64,000 bases of DNA from contig JAOAHC010000045.1 in assembly GCA_026415435.1 (NCBI GenBank), positions 99,069-163,068 on the forward strand, given 5' to 3'. The translations under genes and the position numbers were made by a program. Of this stretch, positions 1 through 10,471 are shown piece after piece. Numbering within the stretch: position 1 is the first letter of the stretch; every line of letters starts with the position of its first letter. The notes beneath the pieces were generated by a model. That model did no database searches. It worked only from the letters and a program-made list of their open reading frames with translations, and was not told the origin of the DNA. The DNA is from Clostridia bacterium (GTDB taxonomy: Bacteria; Bacillota; Clostridia; TANB77; CAG-465).

Positions 1-1
1 T

Positions 2-667
2 GGAGAATTAAAAAAGGGTGTAAAGAATGTATTAAAGAAAAAAAGATTACAAGCTTTAATGCTATATTCTTCTATATTTGCAGGAATAATCTCAATAGGT
101 TCAACCTATTATAAAAATTTCTTTGATAATTTAGGTATTGATACAGAAAAGTTTGGACTTGTTTTTGCATTATTAACAATTATACAAGGATTTGCATGTC
201 AATCTCAGTATGCTGTTGAAAGAAAGACAAAAAACAAAACACTTACATTTGTCGCTATTATTTTTACATTAAACTTTATACTTATAGGATTACTTGGAAT
301 GTCAAACTTTCCTACTTCTACTATAATATTGTTAGTTGTTGCACTACTTATAATTCAAAGAGTATTTAGTGGAATATATGAGATTTCCATTGAAAAGTAT
401 ATGTTAAACTTTACTAATGAAAAAACAATGACAACAGTACTATATGTAAACAACTTTTTTAAAAATATAGGAACATCTTTGATAATTTTTATGGGTGCAT
501 TTGTTCTTGATAATGTGGACATGAATATAGGATATGTTTTAGTAGGTGTTATAGGACTATTAATTATGAGCCTTATATTAAAATTTATGAAAACACGAGT
601 GGGACTTAAACCTGAAGAATATGTGGATATTGATAAAGAGTTGATTATAGAAAATGAGGGCACTTAA
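2..667 (+). CDS. Polytopic membrane transporter (MFS-like), 5'-partial; the reading frame is open from the window edge
   Basis: The frame of ORF 59..667 stays open back to nt 2. The product has several hydrophobic TM segments. A hairpin terminator follows the gene. Confidence 0.5.
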   Translation, partial: GELKKGVKNVLKKKRLQALMLYSSIFAGIISIGSTYYKNFFDNLGIDTEKFGLVFALLTIIQGFACQSQYAVERKTKNKTLTFVAIIFTLNFILIGLLGMSNFPTSTIILLVVALLIIQRVFSGIYEISIEKYMLNFTNEKTMTTVLYVNNFFKNIGTSLIIFMGAFVLDNVDMNIGYVLVGVIGLLIMSLILKFMKTRVGLKPEEYVDIDKELIIENEGT

Positions 668-695
668 TAGTAATGATAAAAAATAAGATTTAAAT

Positions 696-730
696 AAAAA
701 CCTGATGAATTTCATCAGGTTTTATCTTTT
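696..730 (+). terminator. Rho-independent terminator
   Basis: Stem CCTGATGA/TCATCAGG with a 3-nt loop, flanked by an A-run and followed by TTTTATCTTTT. Confidence 0.7.
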
Positions 731-894
731 AAGTAGGATATAATACATATTTTATAAGTTTTTTAATTATATTATTTATTAGTGAAAAACAATCAAATAA
801 TTATGCAACTGATACTTTAAATTAAAAATTAAGCATTGCATAGTAGTAACATAGTAACTATTTTTAGAATAAACTTTCATAGAAGGTGCTTTTT

Positions 895-2241
895 ATGAAT
901 AAAGATTTTTACAATGGATTAACTGGTGAAATTATAACACCAAGCGATGTACTATATAATGAAGCAAGACAAGTATGGAATGGAGCAATACAAAAATTTC
1001 CAAAGGTAATAGTATACTGTTATAATAAAAATGATGTAAAAAATGCAATTTTATGGGCTAAAGATAAGAATATAGGCGTTAGAATTAGAACAGGCGGACA
1101 TAATTATGAGGGATATTGCATTGGAAATAATGTTTTGGTAATAGACATAAGTAGAATGAATAAATTAGAATTAGATAGTCAAAATAATAAACTTAAGATT
1201 GAAGGTGGAGTATTAAATGAGCAGGTGTATGAACTTCTTGGTAGCCAAGGCTATCCATTTCCAGGAGGTTCTTGTCCAACAGTAGGTGTAGTAGGATATA
1301 CATTAGGTGGGGGATATGGATATTCTAGTAGATATTTAGGACTAGGATGCGATAGCCTTCTGGAATTAGAAATAATAGATTATAAAGGTGACACAGTAAT
1401 TGCAAATGCAGAAGAAAACAGTGAATTATATTGGGCTGTTAGAGGTTCAGGTGGAGGTAATTTTGGAGTAGTGGTATCTATGATATTTAAACTGCCTGAG
1501 AAAGTAGAAAAGGTTTCTTTGGTTGAATTTTACTGTGTAAATGCTACTGAAGAGCAAATGAGGCAATTCATTGGAATATGGCAAACATGTCTAGTTAATT
1601 TAGATTGTAGAATTACTTTGACTTCTAGTATATATAAATCTATTGAAGAAGGTCAAGTAATTTCAGGAAGAGGTATCTTTTATGGTACTCCAGATGAAGC
1701 TCAGCAGATAGTACAAGTATTTGAACAAATAACAGGGCTAACTGTATCTATTAAATATTTAACTTTTCTTGATGCAATCGAAAGAATAGAAGAAACAGTT
1801 CCAAAGTCACAAAAATTTAAATCAACAGGTAGGTTTGTATATAAAGAATATGATACGCAAGAGATAGAAAATATTGTAGATTTAATAAAAGATACTGCTG
1901 AAGGATCTATATTTGCAGGAATAACATTTTATGCTATGGGTGGAAAAATAGAAGAGATAGGAGAACAAGATACAGCATTTTTCTATAGAAAAGCTAAATA
2001 TATATTTGGTATACAATCAGTATGGGAAGATCCTAAATATGCAAAAGAAAATATTAATTGGGTAGATACTAGATTTGTGTATATAGAAAAGATAACAGAT
2101 GGCTCGTATGTAAATTTTCCATATAGTGGTCTAGAATGTTATGATTTTGATTATTATGGAGAAAATGCAGAGATACTAAGAGTAATAAATAATATTTATG
2201 ATCCAAATAACTTTTTTTCTTTTCCTCAAAGTGTAAATTAA
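895..2241 (+). CDS. FAD-linked oxidase, berberine-bridge-enzyme-like (FAD_binding_4 plus BBE C-terminal domain)
   Basis: RIRTGGHNYEG motif typical of covalent-FAD oxidases. C-terminal YYGENAEILRVINNIYDPNNFF is BBE-like. A GAAGGTG RBS lies 6 nt before ATG 895. The ORF track starts at an upstream GTG at 886. Confidence 0.8.
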   Translation: MNKDFYNGLTGEIITPSDVLYNEARQVWNGAIQKFPKVIVYCYNKNDVKNAILWAKDKNIGVRIRTGGHNYEGYCIGNNVLVIDISRMNKLELDSQNNKLKIEGGVLNEQVYELLGSQGYPFPGGSCPTVGVVGYTLGGGYGYSSRYLGLGCDSLLELEIIDYKGDTVIANAEENSELYWAVRGSGGGNFGVVVSMIFKLPEKVEKVSLVEFYCVNATEEQMRQFIGIWQTCLVNLDCRITLTSSIYKSIEEGQVISGRGIFYGTPDEAQQIVQVFEQITGLTVSIKYLTFLDAIERIEETVPKSQKFKSTGRFVYKEYDTQEIENIVDLIKDTAEGSIFAGITFYAMGGKIEEIGEQDTAFFYRKAKYIFGIQSVWEDPKYAKENINWVDTRFVYIEKITDGSYVNFPYSGLECYDFDYYGENAEILRVINNIYDPNNFFSFPQSVN

Positions 2242-2329
2242 ATTAGTAAAGAGTATTGTGACTAAATTCATAATGCTCTTTATTTTAAGTTGCTATACAA
2301 GTATTGATTCAATAATAATATTAAATAAA

Positions 2330-3470
2330 GTTTAATGAAAAACAAATAAAAGAAGCAAAACTTTATGGAATATGATGATGATCTTAGGGAACAAGTAGTA
2401 TTGGATTATATTAATAGCAATTTAGGATATCAAAAAATTGCTGATAAATATTTCATAGAAAGTTGGAAAACAGTTGAAACTTGGGTAAGAAAATATAAAA
2501 GTATTGGAACAACAAATAATCAAAAAATTAAGGATCATGAAATTAATTATCAAAAAAGGTATGAAATATAAAAAAATACCTAGCCTTCCTCAAGGAAAAA
2601 CAAGAGAAAAAATAATATTTATTAATATGTATAAAGATAAATATAAATTAATTGATCTATTAGATGTACTTAATATTAGTAAATCAAATTATTACAAATA
2701 TAGAAACTCATCAGATAATGATTATTCAGATTATCTTCTGATAAAAGAAATATTTGACGAATCTAAAGGTACATATGGATATAGAAGAATTGAGGAAGGC
2801 TTGCTTGAAAAGTGGGGATTAATTATTAATCATAAGAAAATACAACACATTATGAAAAAATATAATATAAGACCACATATACTAGAAAGATTAAGAATAA
2901 ATCATACAAGAGAATTGAAGAAAATGTCAAAACAAATTTTGTTAACACAAAGTTTAATGCAGATTGTCCAAATAAAATTTGTGCAACAGACATTACATAT
3001 TTAATATTAGATGGTAAAAAGGCTTATTTATCAACAATATTAGATTTATATGATAGAAAAATTATTGCTTACAAAATTAGCAGTAAGAACGATTTAAATA
3101 TAGTAGTAGATACTTTAAATGAAGCATTAAAAAACAGAAAAAATGTACAAGGAGTAATCTTACATTCAGATCAAGGTTACCAATATACATCTTTTCAATA
3201 TAAAGAAATTTGTGAATCTAATGGAATAACTATTTCTATGAATAGAAAAAGTACACCTATAGATGATTCACCAATGGAAAGTTTCCATAGCATTCTCAAG
3301 AAGGAAACTCTCTACAATAAGAATATCACATCTTTAGAACAATATATAGCTATTGTAAAAAATTGGATTATATTTTATAATACTATTAGATTAAAGTCAA
3401 ATAATAAAAAATATGAGATTACAAATTAATGTAGTCTCATATAAGTTCTTTTTTTAATGTCCACTAAAGC
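2330..3470 (+). mobile_element. Decayed IS3-family insertion sequence (IS150-like); ends not resolved
   Basis: An OrfA-like HTH fragment is followed by an OrfB with a DDE integrase core (DQGYQYTS...SMNRKSTPIDDSPMESFHS). OrfB is split over three frames. No clean inverted repeats were found. Confidence 0.6.
2365..3429 (+). pseudogene. IS3-family transposase orfAB disrupted by extra frameshifts; orfA is N-terminally short
   Basis: ORFs 2365-2571, 2504-3004 and 3238-3429 are in different frames. The rve-like sequence continues in frame 1 from about 2950 (ITYLILDGKKAYLSTILDLYDRKIIAYKIS). Confidence 0.6.
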
Positions 3471-3482
3471 GGGTCACTTCAA

Positions 3483-3602
3483 CTATAGTTTCGCTTCTTT
3501 TATTATGGGAGATCCGGTAGTAGGATATACCCTTTTGTGATTGAACACCATAAACATCATGAGAATATACGCTCCAAATAAAATTATACCAAAAGCTATC
3601 AT
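3483..3602 (-). CDS. Small hydrophobic peptide of 39 aa (MIAFGIILFGAYILMMFMVFNHKRVYPTTGSPIIKEAKL)
   Basis: A GGAGGAA RBS lies 7 nt upstream of the ATG. The ORF has a single TM helix. It is absent from the ORF track because it is under 60 aa. Confidence 0.3.
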   Translation of the reverse strand: MIAFGIILFGAYILMMFMVFNHKRVYPTTGSPIIKEAKL

Positions 3603-3951
3603 TTTAGATTCCTCCATTTGTTGAAATTTTAGAATACTATTCTTAGTGAATTGATTATATCATAATTTACATGTGAAGTAAAGTTACATGTTTAATATTT
3701 AAGTATTATTAAATACTGCATAAATAATTGTAATTAGTAAGAAAACTAAAATAATACATATTGTTAATGATGTAATAAGCTGTGAATTCATTTAAAAAGA
3801 TAAAATTATATATTAATCATGGAGAGAAAAAATATATAGATTTTAATTAAAAATCTATATTAATAAAAATCAAAATGATGTATAATGTAATTATAAAGTT
3901 ATAATATAAATAGTAATTTGTATAGACAATTTACTAAAGGAGGATATAAGA

Positions 3952-4302
3952 ATGAAAGAAAATAAAATTTTTAAAACTAGTTTTGCTAGTGTTTATCCAT
4001 ATTATATTCAAAAAGCAGAGAGGAAAAATCGTACTAAAGAGGAAGTAGATCAAATTATTTGTTGGCTCACAGGATATAGTATTATTGAATTAGAGAAGAA
4101 AATAGATAATAATGTTGACTTTGAAACATTTTTTAATCAAGCCCCTAAAATAAATCCCAATAGTTCTTTAATTAAAGGTGTTATTTGCGGTATTCGTGTG
4201 GAAGAAATTGAAGACCCTTTAATGCAAAAAATTCGTTATTTAGATAGATTAGTTGATGAATTAGCAAAAGGAAAAGTAATGGATAAAATATTAAGAAATT
4301 AG
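3952..4302 (+). CDS. Conserved hypothetical protein, DUF2200-like
   Basis: AGGAGG RBS. The sequence pattern [32 protein letters not shown]...[33 protein letters not shown] matches the DUF2200 family as recalled. Confidence 0.6.
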   Translation: MKENKIFKTSFASVYPYYIQKAERKNRTKEEVDQIICWLTGYSIIELEKKIDNNVDFETFFNQAPKINPNSSLIKGVICGIRVEEIEDPLMQKIRYLDRLVDELAKGKVMDKILRN

Positions 4303-4689
4303 TAAATTGAATTTGAGTGCCTAGTATACCAACAAGAATTAGAAAATATTACTTATGAAGTTAACAAGGAAATAATAGAATTAACTGGCCTTGACTGCAT
4401 AAATTATAGAATAAAAATGGAAAAATTATTTTTAGAAATTTCTTCAAAGATAATGAAACATTTTTAATATTGCGGTTTAGGACAAACTGGTTTCAGGTTC
4501 AATAATATAATAATAATTTTAAAGTATTGATATTATTGATTCTGCAATTTTTTATCTACAGTTGATTTGACAATTGCTTTACAGTTATCCCTATGGCCGT
4601 GGTGGGAAAATAGGAAAAATATGACATAATATATTTGGTGATATTATGAATTTAAGTTGTAACTAAATTAAAGATAGAGCAATGACTTT

Positions 4690-4995
4690 CTCAAAAGAAT
4701 GAAAATATGAATCTTACGAAGATGGAGAAGTAAAGAGCTTTGTGGATGCATTTTTTATGTCTTTGGTTTATCAAGAAATAGGGTTTCTTCATTTGAAAAG
4801 AAGGTAAAAAATAGATGGTAAAGATGGTTTTGTTGACCTGATTTGGAAAGGTGTAATTCTAATCAAAATGGAGAGTGAGGTAAAGATTTACAAAGAGTAT
4901 ACAATCAAGCTAAAGCTTATTTTGATGGTTTAAAAGATAGTTATCTTCTGAGATAAATTATGGTTTTTGATTTAGAAAAAATAAATTTATACGAT
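4690..4995 (+). pseudogene. N-terminal remnant (~100 codons) of an MmeI-like type IIG restriction-modification enzyme, with a frameshift and an in-frame stop
   Basis: Translation gives GFVDLIWKGVILIKMES then, after a frame change, KDLQRVYNQAKAYFDGLKDSYLLRYIMVFDLEK. This matches the conserved MmeI-family N-terminus (GFVDLFWPGILLIEMKS-KDLDKAYDQALDYF). The rest of the gene is absent. Confidence 0.55.
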
Positions 4996-5119
4996 TTAGA
5001 ATTAAGTAATAAATGAGAATTTTTTTATATATAATTCTTTTTGGAAAAAACATATTTTTTACTAACAAACTAATTTAGTTTATTATCCTCTCTATATTTT
5101 TCGTGTTTGATATATTTAA

Positions 5120-6331
5120 TTAGTCGAACCTATCTATTTTAAAAAGAGACATATATATATTTGTCTTTCCTAGATATAATTCACTCAGCATCATTCCGCC
5201 TAACAAGGCAAATAAAATTCCATTTGCTCCATACCCCAAACAATACCATAATTTAGAATTATCTGGATCTTTTCCTATAAAGCCTAGGTTATCTTTTGTA
5301 GATGCAAAAGCCCCACAATACTTATATTCTATATCTATATTTAAATTTGGAAATAATTTTGTGAGACGTTTCTCTAATTTATTGTAATTTTTGGTATATA
5401 AATTTTTATTAAATTTATGTGGTGAAAAGGTCACATCCTCTCCACCAATTATTATTCTATTGTCACTAGTTGTTCGTAAGTAATTATATGGGTCTTCATT
5501 ATCTCTAATTATTACATTTTTATATATATCTTCTAAATTATTTATGGGTTTTGTTGCAACATTAAATGTAGTAGTTTTAGTGCCAAGAGTTCTTTTTGTA
5601 AAAAGTTCTGTGTTATACCCTGAAGCAACAATAACTATTTTACCCCTAACTTTATGACCATATATACTTTCTATTGTGACATTATTATCTTCATATTTAA
5701 TATCTATAGCTTCTGTATTTTCATATACCCTTAATCCATAATCACAACCTACATTAAGTAAATCTTGTGTAAATTTGTATGGGTCAAATTGAGCTCCTCC
5801 ACCTTTACTTAATAAACCAGCTTCTATATCAAACTTAAAGGGATTGTTACTTTTGTCAATTAATTCTACTTTTAATCCAGCTTCTTTTCTGAATTTATAT
5901 TCCTCTATTATTTCTATTTTTTCTTTATCTTTGTCTGTATATAAAAAACTATCTACTACTTTATAATTACAATTATTACCGTACTTATCTATAAATTTTT
6001 TAATTTCATCTAATGCCTTTATTCCTAATTCATAAGATTTTATTATATTATGTGGAGTTGTATATGATTTTAAATCTATGTAATTACTATCAAGTTCATA
6101 TTGCAGTAAAGAAGTAGTTATACTTGTACTACCATGACCTATTCTTGCTTTTTCTAGAATAACAGTATCAATATTATTCTTACTAAAATAGTAACCTAGA
6201 ATTGCTCCAGTTATTCCACCACCTACTATTATTACATCAGTGTTTATATTCTGTGTTAAGTAAGGATATTGTTTAGTTAGTTTGTTGGTTCTTGTAAATA
6301 TACAATCTCCTTGTACATACTGAACATCCAT
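5120..6331 (-). CDS. FAD-dependent oxidoreductase (DAO / glycine-oxidase-like)
   Basis: Rossmann motif DVIIVGGGITGAILG. The start is chosen at MDVQYV (6331), which has a weak AGCAGG RBS. The ORF track extends to 6418, where no RBS is present. Confidence 0.7.
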   Translation of the reverse strand: MDVQYVQGDCIFTRTNKLTKQYPYLTQNINTDVIIVGGGITGAILGYYFSKNNIDTVILEKARIGHGSTSITTSLLQYELDSNYIDLKSYTTPHNIIKSYELGIKALDEIKKFIDKYGNNCNYKVVDSFLYTDKDKEKIEIIEEYKFRKEAGLKVELIDKSNNPFKFDIEAGLLSKGGGAQFDPYKFTQDLLNVGCDYGLRVYENTEAIDIKYEDNNVTIESIYGHKVRGKIVIVASGYNTELFTKRTLGTKTTTFNVATKPINNLEDIYKNVIIRDNEDPYNYLRTTSDNRIIIGGEDVTFSPHKFNKNLYTKNYNKLEKRLTKLFPNLNIDIEYKYCGAFASTKDNLGFIGKDPDNSKLWYCLGYGANGILFALLGGMMLSELYLGKTNIYMSLFKIDRFD

Positions 6332-6640
6332 AAAATTACCTGCTTTCTGAATATTTAGTAAATAAATATCATCTGTATTATTATTTGCTAAATAATATGT
6401 AATATACATGGAATACATATATATTTATATGTAACTGCGGTACTTTTCTTTGCTCTGTATAAAGCTTTTAAACTTCTACATTATATTGACAGTTACAATA
6501 CAGTTATCCAGACGGAAATGACAGTTTCTAAAAAACATAAAACAGTTACAAATGTTGATATATCAACGAAAAACAAGAGTTGAAACATTTGCCTTAAAGG
6601 GCTGTGTTTCAACTCTTTCATGTAAATTAAACATCAAAAA

Positions 6641-6688
6641 AGAGGCTAAAAGCCTCTAAATGGTCGGAGTGACGGAAACACTAAAAGT
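6641..6688. repeat. Candidate attL of element A: hairpin AGAGGCT-AAA-AGCCTCT followed by a degenerate copy (TGGTCGGAGTGAC) of the tRNA-Pro 3' end
   Basis: 13 nt identical to 55018-55030. The same hairpin-plus-core arrangement recurs at 42911-42961. Confidence 0.45.
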
Positions 6689-6730
6689 TAGAAGAACTGA
6701 TATCACTCCATTTGAGTATTCTAAAAAAAT

Positions 6731-6754
6731 ATTTTGGAACTCTGTTGGGACGCT
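6731..6754. repeat. Arm-type repeat CTGTTGGGACGCTGCAAAGTGAG, candidate integrase or Xis arm site of element A
   Basis: Closely similar sequence at 42802-42835 (TGGGACGCTGTAAGTGGG plus TGCTGTTGGGACGCC), just inside the other end of element A. Confidence 0.45.
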
Positions 6755-6901
6755 GCAAAGTGAGAAGTAGTAAATTATGATGAAGGACTATAAAGGTAAA
6801 TTTATAGAAAAAATTATTTTTAAATTTTAAAAATTAAATATAATAATTAAAGTATCTAAAAGTATAAAATTTAAAAAAAAAATACTTTTTTTAAATAACC
6901 C

Positions 6902-6931
6902 TTGACAATTGAGTAACAATTCAACTATAAT
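6902..6931 (+). promoter_or_regulatory. Sigma-A promoter of the cadC-cadA operon
   Basis: TTGACA at 6902-6907, an 18-nt spacer, then TATAAT at 6926-6931. Confidence 0.55.
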
Positions 6932-6937
6932 ATACAT

Positions 6938-6961
6938 ATAATTGAATATATGTTCAATTAT
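6938..6961. promoter_or_regulatory. Imperfect 12-12 palindrome ATAATTGAATAT|ATGTTCAATTAT, a candidate CadC/ArsR-family operator
   Basis: One mismatch between the half-sites. It sits between the -10 element and the cadC start. Confidence 0.45.
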
Positions 6962-6976
6962 AATGGAGGTAAATAT

Positions 6977-7336
6977 ATGGCAAAAAATGAATTTATATGT
7001 GATTGTAATGTGATACATCAAGAAATTGTTGATTTTGTATTAAATGATTTTCCGAATGGTGAGCAATTCAATAAAGTTGCAGATTTTTTTAAAATACTAG
7101 GAGATAGTACTCGTTCAAAAATAATATGGTCTTTATCAAAAAGTGAAATGTGTGTTTGTGATATTGCTAATGTTTTAGGAATGTCAAAATCTTCAATTTC
7201 ACACCAACTTGGTACATTAAGAAGATCAAATTTTGTTAAATGCAGAAAAGATGGAAAAACAGTATATTATTCTCTATCAGATGATCATGTTAAAAATTTA
7301 TTTAAATTAGGATTTGAACATATTAATCATAATTAA
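6977..7336 (+). CDS. cadC: ArsR/SmtB-family metal-sensing repressor, CadC-like
   Basis: N-terminal CDC metal site and a CVCD motif in the HTH region. It lies directly upstream of the P-type ATPase gene. A TGGAGGT RBS precedes ATG 6977; the ORF track starts upstream at 6950. Confidence 0.8.
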   Translation: MAKNEFICDCNVIHQEIVDFVLNDFPNGEQFNKVADFFKILGDSTRSKIIWSLSKSEMCVCDIANVLGMSKSSISHQLGTLRRSNFVKCRKDGKTVYYSLSDDHVKNLFKLGFEHINHN

Positions 7337-7359
7337 AAAGAGAAAGGAGGATAATATAT

Positions 7360-7578
7360 ATGAAGACAGTATATATTATTGAAGGTTTGGACTGTGCAAA
7401 CTGTGCATCAAAACTTGAGAGAGCAATACAAAAAATTGACGGAATAAAAAGTGCTACTATAAGTTTTTTTACTGGTAAACTTGTAGTAGAATATGAAGAA
7501 AATAGAGAAGAAATATTTGCTCAGATAGAAAAGACAATAAAAAAAGAAGAACCAGATGTTAAAGTAAGAAAAATTTAG
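7360..7578 (+). CDS. Heavy-metal-associated (HMA) domain metallochaperone
   Basis: GLDCANCASKLE (GxxCxxC) ferredoxin-like HMA fold, 72 aa, with a GGAGG RBS. Confidence 0.8.
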   Translation: MKTVYIIEGLDCANCASKLERAIQKIDGIKSATISFFTGKLVVEYEENREEIFAQIEKTIKKEEPDVKVRKI

Positions 7579-7589
7579 GAGGTTTTATT

Positions 7590-9434
7590 TTGAAAAAAGA
7601 AACAATACAAGTTATTTTAGGACTTGTAATATTCGCTATATCAATGATATTTAAATTTGATAATATATGGATTAATAATTTACTATATTTAGTAGCATAT
7701 GTCATAGTTGGTAGAGAAATAGTTTTTAAAGCTATAAGAAATATTTTTAGAGGAAAAGTTTTTGACGAAAATTTTTTAATGAGTATTGCTACGATAGGAG
7801 CTTTTTGCATAGGTGACTTTGCTGAAGCAGTTGCGGTAATGCTATTTTATCAAGTTGGTGAATTATTTCAAGATTATGCTGTTGATAAATCTAAGAAATC
7901 TATTACAAGTTTGATGGATATTAGACCTGACTATGCAAATGTAAAAAGGGAAAATGAAATTATAAAAGTTGATCCTTATGAAGTGAAAATTGGTGAAATT
8001 ATAATTGTAAAACCAGGTGAAAAAATACCACTGGATGGTAATGTAATAGAAGGGAATTCAATGGTTGATACTTCAGCACTTACAGGAGAATCTGTACCGC
8101 GTGAAGTAAATGTTGGAGTTGAAGTCTTAAGTGGTTGCATAAATATTAATGGACTTATAACTATAAAAGTCACTAAAGAGTTTGGTGAATCAACAGTAAG
8201 TAAGATACTAGATTTGGTTGAGAATGCAAGTAGCAAAAAATCAAATTCTGAAAACTTTATTACTAAGTTTGCAGCATATTATACTCCAATTGTTGTAATT
8301 TTAGCAATTTTTATAGCAATTGTTCCACCGTTATTTATACAAGATGCAACATTTAGTGATTGGATTTATAGAGCACTTGCTTTTTTAGTTGTTTCTTGTC
8401 CATGTGCATTAGTAATATCTATACCACTTGGATTCTTTGGAGGAATAGGTGGAGCGTCTAGAATAGGTGTACTTGTTAAAGGAAGTAACTATTTGGAAGC
8501 ATTAGCAGAAACAGAAATAGTAGTCTTTGATAAAACGGGTACTCTAACAAAGGGTGTGTTTGAGGTACAAGAAGTAAATGCTGTTGATGTTTCAAAAGAA
8601 GAACTTATACGATTAGCAGCACATGCTGAAAACAATTCTACACATCCTATATCGATATCATTGAAAAAAGCATATGGAGGTTATATAGATAATAATATAA
8701 TTTCTAATGTTGAAGAAATTTCCGGGCATGGAATAATCGCAAATGTTGAAGGTACACAAGTTATGGCTGGGAATAATAAACTTATGGAAAAAATGAACAT
8801 TAAATATCAATCATTTGATAAAATTGGTACAGTAGTCCACATAGCTTTGAATGGAAAATATGCAGGTAATATTTTAATTTCTGATAAAATTAAAGAAGAC
8901 TCAAAAATTGCAATAAAAAATTTAAAAGATAATAATATAAAGCAGACTGTGATGCTTACTGGCGATTCAAAACTTGTTGGAGAAAATGTTTCAAATGAAC
9001 TTGGTTTAGATAAAGTGTATACTGAATTACTTCCAACAGATAAGGTTGATAAAATTGAAGAATTATTTGAGACAAAATCAAAAAAAGGAAAACTTGCTTT
9101 TGTTGGAGATGGAATAAATGACGCTCCAGTTCTTGCACGTGCTGACATTGGCATAGCAATGGGTGGTTTAGGATCTGACGCAGCTATAGAGGCAGCAGAT
9201 ATTGTAATTATGACAGATGAACCATCAAAAATTGCAGGGGCAATGAAAATTTCTAAGAAAACGCTTAAAATTGTTAGACAAAACATAGGTATTGCGCTAG
9301 CAGTAAAAGGTGTTGTTCTTGTACTAAGTGCACTTGGTCTTTCAACAATGTGGGAAGCAGTATTTGCAGATGTTGGAGTTTCAATAATTGCAATACTTAA
9401 TGCACTAAGAGTTTTAAGAGTGAATAAAAAATAG
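7590..9434 (+). CDS. cadA: Cd2+/Zn2+-translocating P1B-type ATPase
   Basis: CPC motif (SCPCALV), DKTGTLT phosphorylation site, GDGINDAP hinge and 6-8 TM segments. It uses a TTG start after a GGAGG RBS. Confidence 0.9.
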   Translation: MKKETIQVILGLVIFAISMIFKFDNIWINNLLYLVAYVIVGREIVFKAIRNIFRGKVFDENFLMSIATIGAFCIGDFAEAVAVMLFYQVGELFQDYAVDKSKKSITSLMDIRPDYANVKRENEIIKVDPYEVKIGEIIIVKPGEKIPLDGNVIEGNSMVDTSALTGESVPREVNVGVEVLSGCININGLITIKVTKEFGESTVSKILDLVENASSKKSNSENFITKFAAYYTPIVVILAIFIAIVPPLFIQDATFSDWIYRALAFLVVSCPCALVISIPLGFFGGIGGASRIGVLVKGSNYLEALAETEIVVFDKTGTLTKGVFEVQEVNAVDVSKEELIRLAAHAENNSTHPISISLKKAYGGYIDNNIISNVEEISGHGIIANVEGTQVMAGNNKLMEKMNIKYQSFDKIGTVVHIALNGKYAGNILISDKIKEDSKIAIKNLKDNNIKQTVMLTGDSKLVGENVSNELGLDKVYTELLPTDKVDKIEELFETKSKKGKLAFVGDGINDAPVLARADIGIAMGGLGSDAAIEAADIVIMTDEPSKIAGAMKISKKTLKIVRQNIGIALAVKGVVLVLSALGLSTMWEAVFADVGVSIIAILNALRVLRVNKK

Positions 9435-9444
9435 GCGGTGTTTT

Positions 9445-9729
9445 ATGAAGTGTCCAATATGTAGAAATGTAGATTTAATAATGTCTGAAAGGCAAAATGT
9501 AGAGATAGATTATTGCCCTGAATGCAGAGGTATTTGGCTTGATAAGAGCGAATTAGATAAAATTATTGAAAGAAGTAATGGAGTATCTAATAATTATAAT
9601 GATGATATAAATAATTCAATTAAGTATAATATTAAAGAAAATAAACATGGAATGAAAAATAATAATAAAACTGGTAAGAAAAAGGAATCTTTTATATCTG
9701 AAATTTTTGAAATGTTTGGAGGAGACTAA
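9445..9729 (+). CDS. Zinc-ribbon protein (zf-TFIIB-type, CPxC...CPxC) with an Asn/Lys-rich tail
   Basis: MKCPICRNV...DYCPECRGIWLDKSELDKII. Confidence 0.6.
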   Translation: MKCPICRNVDLIMSERQNVEIDYCPECRGIWLDKSELDKIIERSNGVSNNYNDDINNSIKYNIKENKHGMKNNNKTGKKKESFISEIFEMFGGD

Positions 9730-9766
9730 TAGTAATTATATTATGAAAATTGTATAGGGGGTATAT

Positions 9767-10471
9767 ATGGATAAAATAATTGAATTATTTAATGTCACTA
9801 AGTTATATAACATAGGTGAAAAAGAATATAAAGCTTTAGATAATGTAAGTTTAGAGATAAATAAGGGAGATTTTGTTGTGATTCTTGGACCATCAGGTGC
9901 TGGGAAATCAACATTATTAAATTTAATAGGTGGAATGGATAGTGTTAGTGAAGGTACCATTTTTATAGACGGAACAAATATTACTAATTACAATGAAGAA
10001 GCTTTAACAAAATTTAGGGCTGAAAATATAGGATTTATATTTCAGTTCTATAATATATTTTCTAATTTGACTGTACTGGAAAATGTAGAATTAGTAAATG
10101 ATGTAGTTAGAAATCCTATTAACGCTAAAGAAGCAATAAAAAGTGTGGGATTAGAGAATCATATAAATAAATTTCCAACTCAGTTGTCTGGAGGTGAGCA
10201 ACAAAGAGTATCTATTGCAAGAGCGATTTCAAAGAATTCTAAAATACTTCTTTGCGATGAACCAACTGGTGCACTTGATTCAAAGACTGGTATTGAAATA
10301 TTAAAATTACTAAAATATCAATGTAGTAATGAGAATAATACTGTGATAATAGTAACTCATAACACTTTATATACAGATATTGCAGATAGTGTCATAAAGG
10401 TTAAAAATGGTAAGATAGAAAATATTATTAAAAATGACAAACCTAAAAATATTGATGAGGTGAATTGGTAA
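9767..10471 (+). CDS. ABC transporter ATP-binding protein (MacB/LolD-like)
   Basis: Walker A GPSGAGKST, signature LSGGEQQRV, Walker B ILLCDEPT. Confidence 0.9.
   Translation: MDKIIELFNVTKLYNIGEKEYKALDNVSLEINKGDFVVILGPSGAGKSTLLNLIGGMDSVSEGTIFIDGTNITNYNEEALTKFRAENIGFIFQFYNIFSNLTVLENVELVNDVVRNPINAKEAIKSVGLENHINKFPTQLSGGEQQRVSIARAISKNSKILLCDEPTGALDSKTGIEILKLLKYQCSNENNTVIIVTHNTLYTDIADSVIKVKNGKIENIIKNDKPKNIDEVNW

Noticed and set aside
355-663. Antisense ORFs nested inside confidently called genes. Examples are 355-663, 7976-8236, 8807-9286, 21479-21724 and 27456-26995 on the opposite strand.
   Set aside because: They overlap genes with strong motif support on the other strand. They lack an RBS. 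This kind of ORF is the usual by-product of AT-rich coding sequence.
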